64,000 nucleotides of DNA from Nitrospirales bacterium (GTDB lineage: Bacteria; Nitrospirota; Nitrospiria; Nitrospirales; UBA8639), in NCBI GenBank assembly GCA_965223295.1, contig CBDCWC010000003.1, forward strand, positions 1,152,001-1,216,000, written 5' to 3'. The translations under genes and the position numbers were made by a program. Below the pieces are notes generated by a model, which saw nothing but the letters and a program-made list of their open reading frames with translations, ran no database searches and had not been told where the DNA came from. Below are positions 35,255 through 50,071 of this stretch, piece by piece. Position 1 is the first letter of the stretch. Each line of letters begins with the position of its first letter.

Positions 35255-37757
35255 AGGCACTTATCTCGGGGTCGGGCTCAGAAGATTCCAAATGATCTTC
35301 CCCAGACGCTTCAGACGGATCCTCTCCGTCAGGTTCAGCCAACTTCGCCACGCCGACCAGACGATCATCATCTGGCAAATCCATGACCCGCACGCCTTGA
35401 GCATTGCGCCCAATTTCACGAATATCTGTCATCCGTGCCCGAAGAATCATGCCTTCAGCCGACATAAGCATGACTTCATCCACATCCCACACTTGATGAA
35501 AGGAAATGGCCGGTCCATTTTTATCTGTCACTTTGACACTAATGACACCCTTGCCTGCTCGAGATTGCGTCCGGTATTCCTCGACCTGCGTTCGTTTCCC
35601 GTACCCTCGTTCAGTTACGGTTAAAATGGAAGACTGCGATTCACTGGTGATCGTGACCATGCCAATCACCGCATTTTCCTCGTCTAATGCAATACCGCGC
35701 ACACCACGCGCCGTTCGACCAACAGGTCTCACATCACTCTCCCGGAACCGAATGACAATTCCCAAACGCGTGCCCAGGAGAATATCGCGTGTCCCGTCGG
35801 TGATATCGACACCAAGAAGCCGGTCGCCTTCCTCCAAAGTCAATGCGATGATACCTCCTTGCCGCGGATGACTAAACGCAGACAGGTCAGTTTTTTTGAT
35901 ATATCCCTTTTGCGTGGCCATTACTACATAGTGATCATCGCTAAATTCCCGAACCGGTAAGGTCGCCGTGACGCGTTCACCTTGATTTAAGGCTAAGACA
36001 TTGACAATGGCTTTCCCTTTACTCGCACGTCCTACATCCGGCAACTGATACACCTTGAGCCAATACACCCGGCCGGCATCGGTGAAAAATAGAAGGTAAT
36101 CATGCGTGGATGCAGTGAAAATTTGTTCAACGAAATCCTCTTCTTTGACTCCCATTCCGACTTTGCCTTTACCTCCCCGATGTTGGGCACGGTAAATGGA
36201 GACCGCATTTCGTTTGATATAGCCGGCATGAGTAATGGTCACGACAACTTCTTCTTCGGCTATCAAATCCTCCATTTGCAATTCGGCTTCAACGGGAACG
36301 ATTTCAGTTCTTCGATCATCAGTAAATTGTTCTTTAACTTCCTGAATCTCTTCTTTCACGATAGTCCGGACCATTTCCTCAGATCCCAACACCGTGCGTA
36401 AGTGTGCGATGCGAGTGACCAATTCACTATACTCCTGCGCCAGCTTGTCCTGTTCCAATTGCGTGAGTCGTTGCAGCCGCATATCCAAAATCGCGTTAGC
36501 TTGGATTTCACTTAATTCAAATTGATCCATGAGGCCATGCCGGGCCGTCTCGGGAGACGAGGCCCCACGAATGAGCGCAATCACTGCATCAAGTGATTCC
36601 AGCGCCCGCTTCAACCCTTCTAAGATATGCGCCCGTTCTTCCGCTTTTCGTAGATCGTAAGCGGTGCGACGGATCACCACTTCCTTACGATGCTCAATAA
36701 AGGCTTCAAGGATCTGCTTCAGGTTCAGCACCATCGGCCGATTCTGGACCAACGCCAACATAATCACCCCGAAGGTGGTCTGCATATTGGTTTGTTTATA
36801 CAACTGATTCAAAATAACCGTCGGGTTTTCGTTGCGTTTTAGCTCAATAACTATCCGCAATCCATCGCGATCGGATTCGTCCCGTAGGTCAGATATCCCT
36901 TCAATTCGTTTCTCATGAATCAGATCCGCAATTTTTTCAATGAGCTTGGCTTTATTGACCTGAAAGGGCAGCTGCGACACGATAATTTGTCCGCGGTCGG
37001 TCCGTTCATCAACTTCGATTTCCGCTTTGGCACGAAGCGTTAACAGACCTCGGCCGGTTTCATACGCGTCTTTGATCCCTTGTGTCCCGTAGATGTATCC
37101 GGCAGTAGGGAAATCCGGTCCAGGAATACATTCCATCAATTCTCGAATGGTCGACTCGGGACGCTCGAGTAAGGAAATTAAACCTGCCGTCACTTCTCCT
37201 AAATTATGGGTCGGAATGTTCGTGGCATACCCAACTGCAATACCCCCTGCACCATTCACCAACAGGTTAGGAATGCGGGCCGGTAGGACGACGGGTTCTT
37301 CTGACGATTCATCATAGGTGGGAGCGAAATCCACCGTCTCCCGATCAATATCTACCAGCATTTCTTCAGCCAGTTTCGTCAACCGGGCTTCTGTGTAGCG
37401 CATAGCCGCGGGCGGATCGCCATCCACTGACCCATAATTGCCCTGGCCGTCTACCAGGGGATAGCGCATGTTGAAATCTTGCGCCATACGGACAAGCGTA
37501 TCGTAAATAGCTGAATCACCATGGGGGTGATAGTTCCCCATGATTTCGCCTACAATTTTTGCAGATTTTCGATAGGGTCGGGCCGCCCCCAACCCCATCT
37601 CATTCATGCCATAGAGAATACGTCGATGGACGGGTTTAAGCCCATCCCGCACATCCGGCAAGGCGCGACCCACGATAACACTCATCGCGTAGTCCAAATA
37701 GGACAAGCGCATCTCATCTTCTATCGCGATTTGTGTGAGGCGTTCTTCAGGGGGCAT
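35253..37757 (-). CDS. gyrA: DNA gyrase subunit A
   Basis: [22 protein letters not shown], GyrA-box QHRGGKG. Confidence 0.98.
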   Translation of the reverse strand: MPPEERLTQIAIEDEMRLSYLDYAMSVIVGRALPDVRDGLKPVHRRILYGMNEMGLGAARPYRKSAKIVGEIMGNYHPHGDSAIYDTLVRMAQDFNMRYPLVDGQGNYGSVDGDPPAAMRYTEARLTKLAEEMLVDIDRETVDFAPTYDESSEEPVVLPARIPNLLVNGAGGIAVGYATNIPTHNLGEVTAGLISLLERPESTIRELMECIPGPDFPTAGYIYGTQGIKDAYETGRGLLTLRAKAEIEVDERTDRGQIIVSQLPFQVNKAKLIEKIADLIHEKRIEGISDLRDESDRDGLRIVIELKRNENPTVILNQLYKQTNMQTTFGVIMLALVQNRPMVLNLKQILEAFIEHRKEVVIRRTAYDLRKAEERAHILEGLKRALESLDAVIALIRGASSPETARHGLMDQFELSEIQANAILDMRLQRLTQLEQDKLAQEYSELVTRIAHLRTVLGSEEMVRTIVKEEIQEVKEQFTDDRRTEIVPVEAELQMEDLIAEEEVVVTITHAGYIKRNAVSIYRAQHRGGKGKVGMGVKEEDFVEQIFTASTHDYLLFFTDAGRVYWLKVYQLPDVGRASKGKAIVNVLALNQGERVTATLPVREFSDDHYVVMATQKGYIKKTDLSAFSHPRQGGIIALTLEEGDRLLGVDITDGTRDILLGTRLGIVIRFRESDVRPVGRTARGVRGIALDEENAVIGMVTITSESQSSILTVTERGYGKRTQVEEYRTQSRAGKGVISVKVTDKNGPAISFHQVWDVDEVMLMSAEGMILRARMTDIREIGRNAQGVRVMDLPDDDRLVGVAKLAEPDGEDPSEASGEDHLESSEPDPEISA

Positions 37758-37856
37758 AGGTTAAGTAGACGTTAGAAGTGAAAAGTGAGTCGTAAAAAAC
37801 TCAGTGTTAAGTGTTTGTGTGCTTTATCGACTTCAATAGATGTATGAAGTTTCCCT

Positions 37857-41541
<3,685 letters not shown>

Positions 41542-41564
41542 AAGTGTTTTCTATGGGGGCGTTT

Positions 41565-42950
41565 TTACGCTTTGCCAATTTCTTCTTTGAGACTTTCCAA
41601 TGTCGACCGAAGAGTCGCATCCGTTTCCTGATTTTTTTTCATTTGTTTGCAGGCATGGATAATCGTTGTATGATCTTTTCCACCAAAATCTCGCCCAATT
41701 TCTGGAAAAGACGAATCGGTTAAATCCCGACAGAGAAACATCGCGATTTGTCGGGGGTAGACTAACGTCTTCGTTCGTCGCTTAGATTTGAGGTCGGCGA
41801 TCTTAACATGAAAGCGGCTGGCGACAGCTTCTTGAATGTCTTCGATCGTGATGACCTTTCGTTTTCCTCCAAGAAGATCGCGAAGAATATTTTTGGCCAT
41901 ATCCACCGTGATCTGTTGACCTGTCAGTGAGGCATAGGCTCCTAGACGGATAAGGGCTCCCTCGATTTCGCGAATATTACTCTTGAGATTCGCGGCTAAA
42001 AGCTGAATGACATCTTCACTAATTGAAATCCCCTCTTCCTCAGATTTTTTTCGAAGAATGGCAATCCGAGTTTCGACGTCAGGTTGCTGGAGATCTGCAA
42101 TCAGCCCCCATTCAAAGCGAGAGCGAAGGCGCTCTTCCATCGATGGCATTTCTTTGGGAAACCGATCACTGGAAAGAACAATCTGTTTTCTGGCTTCGTA
42201 CAGGGAATTAAACGTATGGAAGAATTCCTCTTGCGTTCGTTCTTTTCCGGCCAAAAATTGAATGTCATCTATCAGAAGCATATCCACATTCCGATAGCGT
42301 CTTCGCAATTCCATCATCTTGTCATAACGAATAGAATTAATGACTTCATTGGTAAACTGTTCTGTCGTGACATACGCAATTCGCAAATCCGTTCTATCCG
42401 CGACATAATTTCCAATGGAATTCAAAAGATGGGTTTTTCCAAGTCCAACTCCCCCATAGATAAATAATGGGTTGTAGGCTTTAGCAGGAGACTCAGCAAC
42501 AGCCAGACAAGCGGCATGGGCAAATTGATTACTGGCTCCCACAACAAACGTTTCAAATGTATATTTAGGGTTAGGGAGAGGTTGACGCCTTGCCTTTTGA
42601 GCTTGCAGTGGCCGATGACTCTCTTTATTCCCAGAAACAACTGTTTGGGTCGTAACTTTTCCGCTTTCCTCTTTCAGGACAAAAATGACATCGATCGGAC
42701 TAATATCTCCAGCCTGTTGAAACGCTTCAATTAGTAGCTCTTTGTAATTTCTTCCTAACCACTCTCCAAAAAACTTATTTGGCACTCGAATAGAGGCATG
42801 ATCCTTCGTAATATTTTCCAGCTCCAGAGGCTGAAACCAGGTATCCATTGCTTCATCGCCAACTTTTGGACTAATAAATTCTAAAACATCAACCCATGTC
42901 TTATTGATGTTTATATTAGAATTATTCATCTTATCAACAGATTTATTCAC
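41565..42950 (-). CDS. dnaA: Chromosomal replication initiator DnaA (true start probably ATG 42929 or later)
   Basis: YTFETFVVG, YNPLFIYGGVGLGKTH, DDIQF, RLRSRF, GGKDHTT. Confidence 0.98.
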   Translation of the reverse strand: MNKSVDKMNNSNININKTWVDVLEFISPKVGDEAMDTWFQPLELENITKDHASIRVPNKFFGEWLGRNYKELLIEAFQQAGDISPIDVIFVLKEESGKVTTQTVVSGNKESHRPLQAQKARRQPLPNPKYTFETFVVGASNQFAHAACLAVAESPAKAYNPLFIYGGVGLGKTHLLNSIGNYVADRTDLRIAYVTTEQFTNEVINSIRYDKMMELRRRYRNVDMLLIDDIQFLAGKERTQEEFFHTFNSLYEARKQIVLSSDRFPKEMPSMEERLRSRFEWGLIADLQQPDVETRIAILRKKSEEEGISISEDVIQLLAANLKSNIREIEGALIRLGAYASLTGQQITVDMAKNILRDLLGGKRKVITIEDIQEAVASRFHVKIADLKSKRRTKTLVYPRQIAMFLCRDLTDSSFPEIGRDFGGKDHTTIIHACKQMKKNQETDATLRSTLESLKEEIGKA

Positions 42951-43200
42951 AATTGTTAATAAATTTACAGTGACATAGAGGATGAATGTATTCTGGGAAA
43001 ATATCCCCCTATCTTATCCACAGCCAGACCAAGGCCCATACAAATTTCTATACACAACTTTTCCTCGTTTTTTATTTTTCCAGAGAAGAATACAACACTT
43101 CGCTCATCACTAGATATCTATTCATCGACAAACCCTAATCCACACAATTCCCAAGACCTACTAAGACTACTACGCCTATTTCTTTATTTCTCTACAAGAA
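42931..43200. other. Replication origin oriC
   Basis: DnaA boxes TTATCAACA 42931, TTATTCACA 42943, TTATCCACA 43014, CTATACACA 43048, TAATCCACA 43136; trio-like CTACTAAGACTACTAC at 43158 followed by an AT-rich tract. Confidence 0.85.
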
Positions 43201-43212
43201 AAGAAGTAAGGA

Positions 43213-43470
43213 CTAAATGACCACAGACAAATCATGGGAAAAAATCTCTTCTAAAAATCCTTGATAGGAAAGAGTTTCTTGAAGATTATCATTTGCTTTC
43301 TTGGTCTCATTTAAGTGCCATATTTGAGAAACTGTGACATTCTCCAAGTTCTGATTTTGATGAAGCAATAATAGAGAAATAGCTTGTGGAGCCTGGTCAC
43401 TCTTAGCTTCAGGCGTATAAATATCCCAGTTTTTAATAGGTTTCGTACAAATGTAGAAGATCTTCTTCAT
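43213..43470 (-). CDS. Small DsrH/TusB-like protein
   Basis: 85 aa; ISLLLLHQN and C-terminal LSYQGFLEEIFSHDLSVVI; follows a DsrF-like gene. Confidence 0.5.
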   Translation of the reverse strand: MKKIFYICTKPIKNWDIYTPEAKSDQAPQAISLLLLHQNQNLENVTVSQIWHLNETKKANDNLQETLSYQGFLEEIFSHDLSVVI

Positions 43471-43485
43471 AGGGCAATCAGGCTT

Positions 43486-43836
43486 TTAAAAGGCCAGTAC
43501 ACGGTCAGCATGTTCAAGGCATGTGGCTATTTGTGAAGAGGATGATTCTTGAATGGTAAATTCATCATCAATGGCCAAGGAATTCCTGCTGCCGGTTGGA
43601 AGAATAATGGGAATTTCTAGATTTTTAATGACAGGCAAATGTTTTTCGAGAACTTCTCCGTCTGGTAAATCATAGGCATCTTCAGTGATTAACTGTCTAG
43701 CATTATTCAGAAGAATAATGCTGATTGGATTGGGACCAGTTGAGAGCCCTAAGGCAATTCGTAGGGCTTCGGCAGCCCGATGCGATTCTTTGGGGTCTTC
43801 ACGAATAAGAACAACCAGCTGTTTGGACATATACAA
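43486..43836 (-). CDS. DsrE/DsrF (TusD/TusC)-family protein
   Basis: LVVLIREDP..SHRAAEALRIALGL, C-terminal ADRVLAF. Confidence 0.7.
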   Translation of the reverse strand: MYMSKQLVVLIREDPKESHRAAEALRIALGLSTGPNPISIILLNNARQLITEDAYDLPDGEVLEKHLPVIKNLEIPIILPTGSRNSLAIDDEFTIQESSSSQIATCLEHADRVLAF

Positions 43837-44017
43837 TAACTAACTTAGGTCAAATACGTAAAATACCCCTATTTTTTTACTAAATTGACTGTCGAGAATA
43901 AGGGTAATTTATAAACGGAGAGATTCTCGTTTCCTATTGAAAAATAAGAAAAAACCCTAGCATTGGATGAAAAAAATGTCAAGAAAAAATCAGGTAAAAT
44001 TCCAATCAGAAAGAGCT

Positions 44018-45265
44018 TTAAAGAATCTTCTGAATTCTTTGGAGAATTTCGTTGATTTGAATGATTTCTTGATCTTTCGTTTGCATGTTTCGGAGAATCA
44101 CTTTCTCTGAACTGGCTTCATCGTCTCCGAGAATGATGGAGAAGTCTGCCCCCAGCTTATCAGCTGAGCGCAGCAGGGCTTTAAGAGTTTTTCCTTTATG
44201 ATCGGTATCAGCCCGAACGCCACCTTGTCGAAGGTCATGGAGGAGTGTAAAGGCTGCTGGTTTTCCAATTTCTCCAAATCCAGCGACAAAATAAAGAGGC
44301 GTTGACTTGCCGACTGTGTTTTCTGAGAGGAGCAATGAGACGCGTTCTAATCCAACAGCAAATCCGATAGCTGGTGTTGGTGGGCCGTGTAAGGTTTGGA
44401 AGAGACCATCGTAACGTCCTCCAGCTCCGATGGTACTTTGTGCTCCCAAATGCGGAGAAGAAATTTCGAATGTGGTTCGAGAATAATAATCAAGTCCTCT
44501 GACAAGGCGATGGTTGATAGTAAATTGAATTTTAAGAGCGGTGAGCCCATCGAGCACCGCTTGAAAGTGCCTGCTTGAGATATCTGAGAGATAATTGATT
44601 AAGCGAGGCGCTGCTTCGATAGTCTGTTGGCATATTGGAACTTTGCAATCTAAAATTCGAAGCGGGTTGGTTGCATAGCGCCGCTGGCAGTTTCCACAAA
44701 GATTGGTCAACTGAGGTAACAGAAATTCTTTTAATGTTTCAATGTAAGCTGTTCGATCGGGAATTGTTCCGATGGAATTAATGTGAAGGGTTAAATCCTC
44801 TAAACCCAAGGATGAGAAAAAATGCCATAGCAATGAAATCACTTCTGCGTCTAAGAGAGGATCGTCTATTCCGAGGGCTTCGACTCCAAATTGGTGAAAC
44901 TGCCGATAGCGTCCTGCCTGTGGTCGTTCATGACGAAACATGGGGCCGACATAAAATAACTTTCGGGTCGTGGGAGAATCCAAGAGTTTATGTTCAAGAA
45001 CGGCTCTGACCACGCCTGCCGTACCTTCTGGGCGCAAAGTTAGCGAGCTACCGTCGCGGTCAGGGAACGTATACATTTCCTTTTCGACGATATCAGTGGT
45101 TCCTCCAATACTTCTGGCATACAGTTCGGTAAACTCGAAAATTGGAATTCGAATTTCAGAGAACCCATATTGGGAGGCTAATGTCCGTGCGACTGTCTCA
45201 ATATACTGCCATTGAGGCACCTGTTGAGGGAGTATATCCTTAAGCCCTTTGACGGATCGTAACAC
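44018..45265 (-). CDS. hisS: Histidyl-tRNA synthetase
   Basis: DIVEKEMY, LRPEGTA, FRHERPQAGR, LVRGLDYY, GGRYD. Confidence 0.97.
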   Translation of the reverse strand: MLRSVKGLKDILPQQVPQWQYIETVARTLASQYGFSEIRIPIFEFTELYARSIGGTTDIVEKEMYTFPDRDGSSLTLRPEGTAGVVRAVLEHKLLDSPTTRKLFYVGPMFRHERPQAGRYRQFHQFGVEALGIDDPLLDAEVISLLWHFFSSLGLEDLTLHINSIGTIPDRTAYIETLKEFLLPQLTNLCGNCQRRYATNPLRILDCKVPICQQTIEAAPRLINYLSDISSRHFQAVLDGLTALKIQFTINHRLVRGLDYYSRTTFEISSPHLGAQSTIGAGGRYDGLFQTLHGPPTPAIGFAVGLERVSLLLSENTVGKSTPLYFVAGFGEIGKPAAFTLLHDLRQGGVRADTDHKGKTLKALLRSADKLGADFSIILGDDEASSEKVILRNMQTKDQEIIQINEILQRIQKIL

Positions 45266-45314
45266 GACTATTCCTATTCTTTTTTAAGGGAAAATAGCCA
45301 GAAAACCAAATTCG

Positions 45315-45343
45315 ACTATATCGTTACACCCCTAACCAGTCAA
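45315..45343 (-). promoter_or_regulatory. hisS promoter
   Basis: TTGACT-17 bp-TATAGT. Confidence 0.7.
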
Positions 45344-45388
45344 CGAAAGTATTCAAAGGAATTTGAATGACGGGGTCAGAAAATACGT

Positions 45389-45417
45389 TTGACTCTCATC
45401 CCATTCACCCATAGAAT
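45389..45417 (+). promoter_or_regulatory. rpmH operon promoter
   Basis: TTGACT-17 bp-TAGAAT. Confidence 0.75.
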
Positions 45418-45457
45418 GTTGGGGTCATAAGAACATGCTCCAAAGGAGAACCGTATC

Positions 45458-45604
45458 ATGTCATTTACGTCGCGAAAACCGTCAAATTTAAAGAGAAAAC
45501 GAGACCATGGCTTTCGGAAACGGATGAGTACGAAGAATGGGCGAAAGGTTTTGGCTCGACGTCGGAAAAAAGGAAGAGCTAAGTTGACTGTTTCTGATGA
45601 GTAG
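45458..45604 (+). CDS. rpmH: 50S ribosomal protein L34 (absent from ORF track)
   Basis: Hand translation [57 protein letters not shown]. Confidence 0.95.
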   Translation: MSFTSRKPSNLKRKRDHGFRKRMSTKNGRKVLARRRKKGRAKLTVSDE

Positions 45605-45962
45605 TGTGTGGGAGGGGCCTCAGTTTTTCTTAAAAAAGAAACATGAGTATAATGGGGTAAAGGCGACGGGTTCCGTCGCTCGGAATCCCTTTTTTACGAT
45701 TATTCATAGTCAAGTTCCCAAAGAGGAAAGTCCTCGTGTTGGAGTCGTGGTTGGACGTCGGGTAGGCAACGCTGTCACGAGGAATAAACTGAAACGAATC
45801 ACGCGAGAACTGGTTAGAGCTTCTCATTCTCATATGGCCTTCGGCCATCACTGTATCGCTTATCCCAAGACCACAATCCTTCGTTCCAAGTTTCAGGACG
45901 TGGAGATCGCTTGGACTCAGATGTTGAAAAAGATTGGCATGATCCAATCGATAAGGCTGTAA
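45597..45962 (+). CDS. rnpA: Ribonuclease P protein component
   Basis: [25 protein letters not shown]; follows rpmH. Confidence 0.92.
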   Translation: MSSVWEGPQFFLKKKHEYNGVKATGSVARNPFFTIIHSQVPKEESPRVGVVVGRRVGNAVTRNKLKRITRELVRASHSHMAFGHHCIAYPKTTILRSKFQDVEIAWTQMLKKIGMIQSIRL

Positions 45963-46171
45963 TGACTTGGATTTTGATAAAATTCATTAAGGTCTACCAA
46001 TATGGGATTTCCCCATTTGTTGGCACCTGTTGCCGCTTTGAACCAACTTGCTCGCAGTATACATTGCAAGCAATTGAGAAACATGGGTCCTTCAAGGGAC
46101 TGTGGTTAGGAATGAATCGTCTGCTCAAATGTCATCCCTTCCATTCAGGGGGATTGGATCCAGTTCCCTGA
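45962..46171 (+). CDS. yidD: Membrane protein insertion efficiency factor
   Basis: YQYGISP, CRFEPTCSQY, RLLKCHPF, DPVP; start at ATG 45962. Confidence 0.93.
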   Translation: MTWILIKFIKVYQYGISPFVGTCCRFEPTCSQYTLQAIEKHGSFKGLWLGMNRLLKCHPFHSGGLDPVP

Positions 46172-46245
46172 TTTCAACGCCTTAACCCCCAATTCAACAA
46201 GACCTGACTTGCCACCAGTGCGTATGAGACTCCAGAACTAACGAG

Positions 46246-48036
46246 ATGGAAAAACGCGTCGTTCTTTTCCTGGTACTGTCACTTGGGATTATCTTTGGGT
46301 ATGACCTTCTTCTAAAGGAGCTTGGGTACTCTCCGTTTTCAAACTCGCCAATTATCGACGAGGAGATCCAGCAAGACGATTTGCTCGACGATGTGGGAAA
46401 AGATCGTACGTCCTCTCTACCTGCCGATCCACATCCGGAGCATTCTTCGGACTCTTCGAATGATTCCGAGGCCGCAGCCGCGCAAAACTCTGCCATCAAT
46501 GAAGAAACCATTGTTGTAGACACGCCTCTGGTCCGAGTAGAACTTTCCAATCAAGGTGCGGTCATCACTTCTTGGGAACTAAAGAAATTCCTCACGCAAA
46601 CAGAAGACAATATTCCGGTTGAATTGGTCTATCCAAATGGACAATATCCAGGGCCGTTGACTCTGAGGTCTGAGGGTCATGAGGAGCTGTCATCCACGCT
46701 TCTGCACAATCCTTATCGTGTGGAGAAAGACTTTACTGAATTAGATGAGAATCACCCGACTGGAAAAGTCATATTTACCTATAGGTCGGATGATTCCGAT
46801 GTGTGGGTGGAAAAAGTGCTGGTGTTCCATTACGACTCATATGTGGTGGATATCGACATCCGAACGCGTGGAATTTCTGAAAAGTTGGATTTAGTCTTAG
46901 GGACGAACTTCGGGTTGGTGGAATGGGGCCAAGGATTTATTGGGCTCTTAGGTTCGGCATGGATGATTGGGGAAGAACTAATTAAAGAATCCCCTAATGC
47001 AGAAAATCCCACCCTTCGCCGGGAGGGTCCGGTGAAATGGTTGGCCCTCCAAGATAAATATTTCACTAGTGTCTTCATTCCAGAAGATGCGACGGGTCTT
47101 GTCGCCAAACTTGAAAATGAAGGCGTTGTATCTGCTGCCCTCAATTTACCAGTAGGATCGGATGGAGTGGTTCATAAAGCCCGCTTATATGCAGGACCCA
47201 AACAGTTCGATGTACTGAAAGCGTTTGAAATCGGACTGGAAGATACGATTGATTTCGGGTGGTTTATTTATGACAGCTTTGCGCCGGTCAAGTTTGTCGC
47301 GAAGCCACTGTTTTCGATTCTGTTGTCTATCAATGAGTATACCCACAACTTTGGGTGGGCCATTATTATCGTGACCTTTGGCATCAAGTTATTGTTCGTG
47401 CCCTTGCAATATAAAAGCTACAAATCTATGCAGGGGATGAAAGATATTCAACCCAAAGTCGTCAAACTCCAAGAAAAATTTAAAGATGACAAGCAAAAGC
47501 TCAATACGGAGTTAATGAAACTATACAAGGAGCATAAGGTCAATCCTGTCGGCGGATGTCTACCTATGTTTCTTCAGATGCCGGTCTTCATTGCCTTATT
47601 TAACATTCTGTATATGACGATTGATTTGCGACAGGCCCCATTTATGCTTTGGATTCGTGACCTGTCCGTTCAAGATCCGTTTTATGTTTTGCCCGTGCTC
47701 ATGGGTGCATCCATGTTTGTGCAACAAAAGATTATGCCGACGACGGCTGATCCCAATATGGCTAAAATGATGCTAATTCTGCCGATTGGCCTGACGTTTT
47801 TGTTTGTGACGTTCCCTGCCGGTCTCGTATTATATTGGGTGACGAATAATGTTTTGACGATAGCCCAGCAATTTGTGACAGATCGTTATGTCCTCCCAAC
47901 CAAAAAACCAGGGCCGACAGAAATTGCGAAGACTGATCCCCCATCATCTGGTCCGGAAAAATCTACCAAGCCGGGAAAAAAGAAGCCTTCTTCTCCTCAA
48001 GCCGGTAAGCAAACTGGCAAATCCAAAAAATCCTAG
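46246..48036 (+). CDS. yidC: Membrane protein insertase
   Basis: DKYF, LYAGPK, IDFGWF, NFGWAII, NPVGGCLP, LYWVTNN. Confidence 0.96.
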   Translation: MEKRVVLFLVLSLGIIFGYDLLLKELGYSPFSNSPIIDEEIQQDDLLDDVGKDRTSSLPADPHPEHSSDSSNDSEAAAAQNSAINEETIVVDTPLVRVELSNQGAVITSWELKKFLTQTEDNIPVELVYPNGQYPGPLTLRSEGHEELSSTLLHNPYRVEKDFTELDENHPTGKVIFTYRSDDSDVWVEKVLVFHYDSYVVDIDIRTRGISEKLDLVLGTNFGLVEWGQGFIGLLGSAWMIGEELIKESPNAENPTLRREGPVKWLALQDKYFTSVFIPEDATGLVAKLENEGVVSAALNLPVGSDGVVHKARLYAGPKQFDVLKAFEIGLEDTIDFGWFIYDSFAPVKFVAKPLFSILLSINEYTHNFGWAIIIVTFGIKLLFVPLQYKSYKSMQGMKDIQPKVVKLQEKFKDDKQKLNTELMKLYKEHKVNPVGGCLPMFLQMPVFIALFNILYMTIDLRQAPFMLWIRDLSVQDPFYVLPVLMGASMFVQQKIMPTTADPNMAKMMLILPIGLTFLFVTFPAGLVLYWVTNNVLTIAQQFVTDRYVLPTKKPGPTEIAKTDPPSSGPEKSTKPGKKKPSSPQAGKQTGKSKKS

Positions 48037-48054
48037 CGACAGGGACCATGGAAC

Positions 48055-49497
48055 ATGGGTGCCTTAGACGACACGATATGCGCTGTCGCCACTCCTGCCG
48101 GTGAAGGCGGCGTGGGTATTGTACGGGTCAGCGGCTCGCAGGCGCTCTCTATGGCCTCCCAGGTTGTTAAGCTCCAATCCCCAAAATCTCTTGTGGACGT
48201 ACCATCCCATAAAATGGTTGTGGGGAAATTTCTTTGGGGTCATTTTCACTCAGGTGACCAGGATAGTCAGGCTTCAGCTCCAGTTTTGGATGAAGTGCTG
48301 GTCGTCGCGATGCGCGCGCCACGGTCTTATACAGGAGAGGATGTTGTGGAAATCCATGGCCATGGCGGACCCCTCATCGTCCAAACCATTTGTGAAGCGC
48401 TCACAGATGCCGGTGCCCGTGTGGCTGAGCCTGGTGAATTTACCAAGCGTGCGTTTCTAAACGGGCGCCTGGACCTGACGCAAGCCGAAGCCGTGTTAGA
48501 TACGATTCAAGCCAACTCTATTCACAGTTTGAAGTTAGCGCAAGAACATCTTCAGGGTGGATTGTCAGGAGTCATCGAGGGTCATCGAGATGCATTGGTC
48601 AAACTTCTGGCCCATGTGGAGGCTGAGATGGATTTTGGTGAAGAAGATATTCAATTCATTAATCAGGATGAGCTCAAAGAGAAACTTCAGACGATGGCCG
48701 GAGCCATTAAACAATTAGTCGAGTCAGCTCAGGAAGGCCGGATTATTCGTGAAGGCATTAGAACCGTCATTCTCGGACGACCCAATGTGGGCAAGTCCAG
48801 TCTCTTGAACGCCATTCTGGGTGTTGATCGAGCCATTGTATCCCAAATTCCAGGCACCACCCGGGATGTGTTGGAAGAATCGGTGATGGTTGATGGGGTG
48901 GTGATTCGCCTATTCGACACTGCGGGCTTACGAGAAACGACCGACGAATTAGAACAGGAAGGTATGAGCCGAGCAGAAGGAGCGATACAGCAGGCAGATG
49001 TGCTGATAATGGTATTTGATCAAAGCCAGGCACTCACTGAACGAGACTTAGACTTCATGCATCTCTACAAGGAAAAACCACGTGTGCTGGTCTTAAATAA
49101 ACAGGACCTTGCCACAAGGATTTCTCTGGAAGATGTTCAGGCCATCGTTCGACCAGATGAAACACCGAATGGGCCGGCAACGGAATATCTTCAAGTTTCT
49201 GCAGTGACTGGAGAGGGTCTAGACCAGCTCAAACGAAGTCTCAAAGCGTTGGCGATAGGGAGGCAGCAGGAAGCAGGCGATTCGTTATTAGTCTCTCGGC
49301 TGAGGCATAAAGTTTTACTGGCACAGGCTGTCGAGGGTTTGCAAAATGCCCTTGCGGCGATTGATGAAACTCAATCAGCCGAATGCGTGGCGTTGGAATT
49401 ACGAGTGGCCCTGCAAGCCCTGGGGGAAATCGTCGGTGCTGTGACGAACGAAGATATCTTGGATAAAATCTTCAAAGAATTTTGTATAGGCAAGTAA
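48055..49497 (+). CDS. mnmE: tRNA modification GTPase
   Basis: DTICAVAT, SYTGED, GEFTKRAFLNG, GRPNVGKSS, FCIGK. Confidence 0.97.
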   Translation: MGALDDTICAVATPAGEGGVGIVRVSGSQALSMASQVVKLQSPKSLVDVPSHKMVVGKFLWGHFHSGDQDSQASAPVLDEVLVVAMRAPRSYTGEDVVEIHGHGGPLIVQTICEALTDAGARVAEPGEFTKRAFLNGRLDLTQAEAVLDTIQANSIHSLKLAQEHLQGGLSGVIEGHRDALVKLLAHVEAEMDFGEEDIQFINQDELKEKLQTMAGAIKQLVESAQEGRIIREGIRTVILGRPNVGKSSLLNAILGVDRAIVSQIPGTTRDVLEESVMVDGVVIRLFDTAGLRETTDELEQEGMSRAEGAIQQADVLIMVFDQSQALTERDLDFMHLYKEKPRVLVLNKQDLATRISLEDVQAIVRPDETPNGPATEYLQVSAVTGEGLDQLKRSLKALAIGRQQEAGDSLLVSRLRHKVLLAQAVEGLQNALAAIDETQSAECVALELRVALQALGEIVGAVTNEDILDKIFKEFCIGK

Positions 49498-50071
49498 GAG
49501 CAATAAGAATATGAGCGGCCTTTTCAGAGAAATGTCGCTCTATTCGACAGAAACTGCCCCGAGTTCATTTCGACAACCCTATTGGCCGCAGATAAGTGGA
49601 TCTTTCCTGGTAGGGTTAAACTGCTACGGGAAGCGGCGGCGGTTGTATAACTCTACAGGGCGGACTCATACCTGTCGTGCTGCAAGAACCAAAGCAAGTA
49701 CAGTTCTTTATCTTTGACGGACTGTCAAAGGTATTCGACGAAAATATTCTCGCGCGAGGCGCCGTCCCCTTTGTGCGGAGTCGAATGCCTTAGGCCTTGA
49801 GCAGGCAAAGGAAGGCAAAAATCATGTCTACCCTGATTCGTATTGTAAATTTCCGTCAAACCCTAATTACAAGAAATCGTATCTCATAGGTCCATTATTA
49901 AGGTCTAAGGCGATAGGCCTTTCGTTTTTCTGGAGGAGATACCGATAAAGAAAAACATCAATACATCTTCGGATGATGCGCGCCATCACCTAACCAATCA
50001 TGGCAATACACAAAATAAACAGTGGCAGCTTTCAGCAAAGAAAATGTAGGTGAAGGCCCATTCTTAATTCT

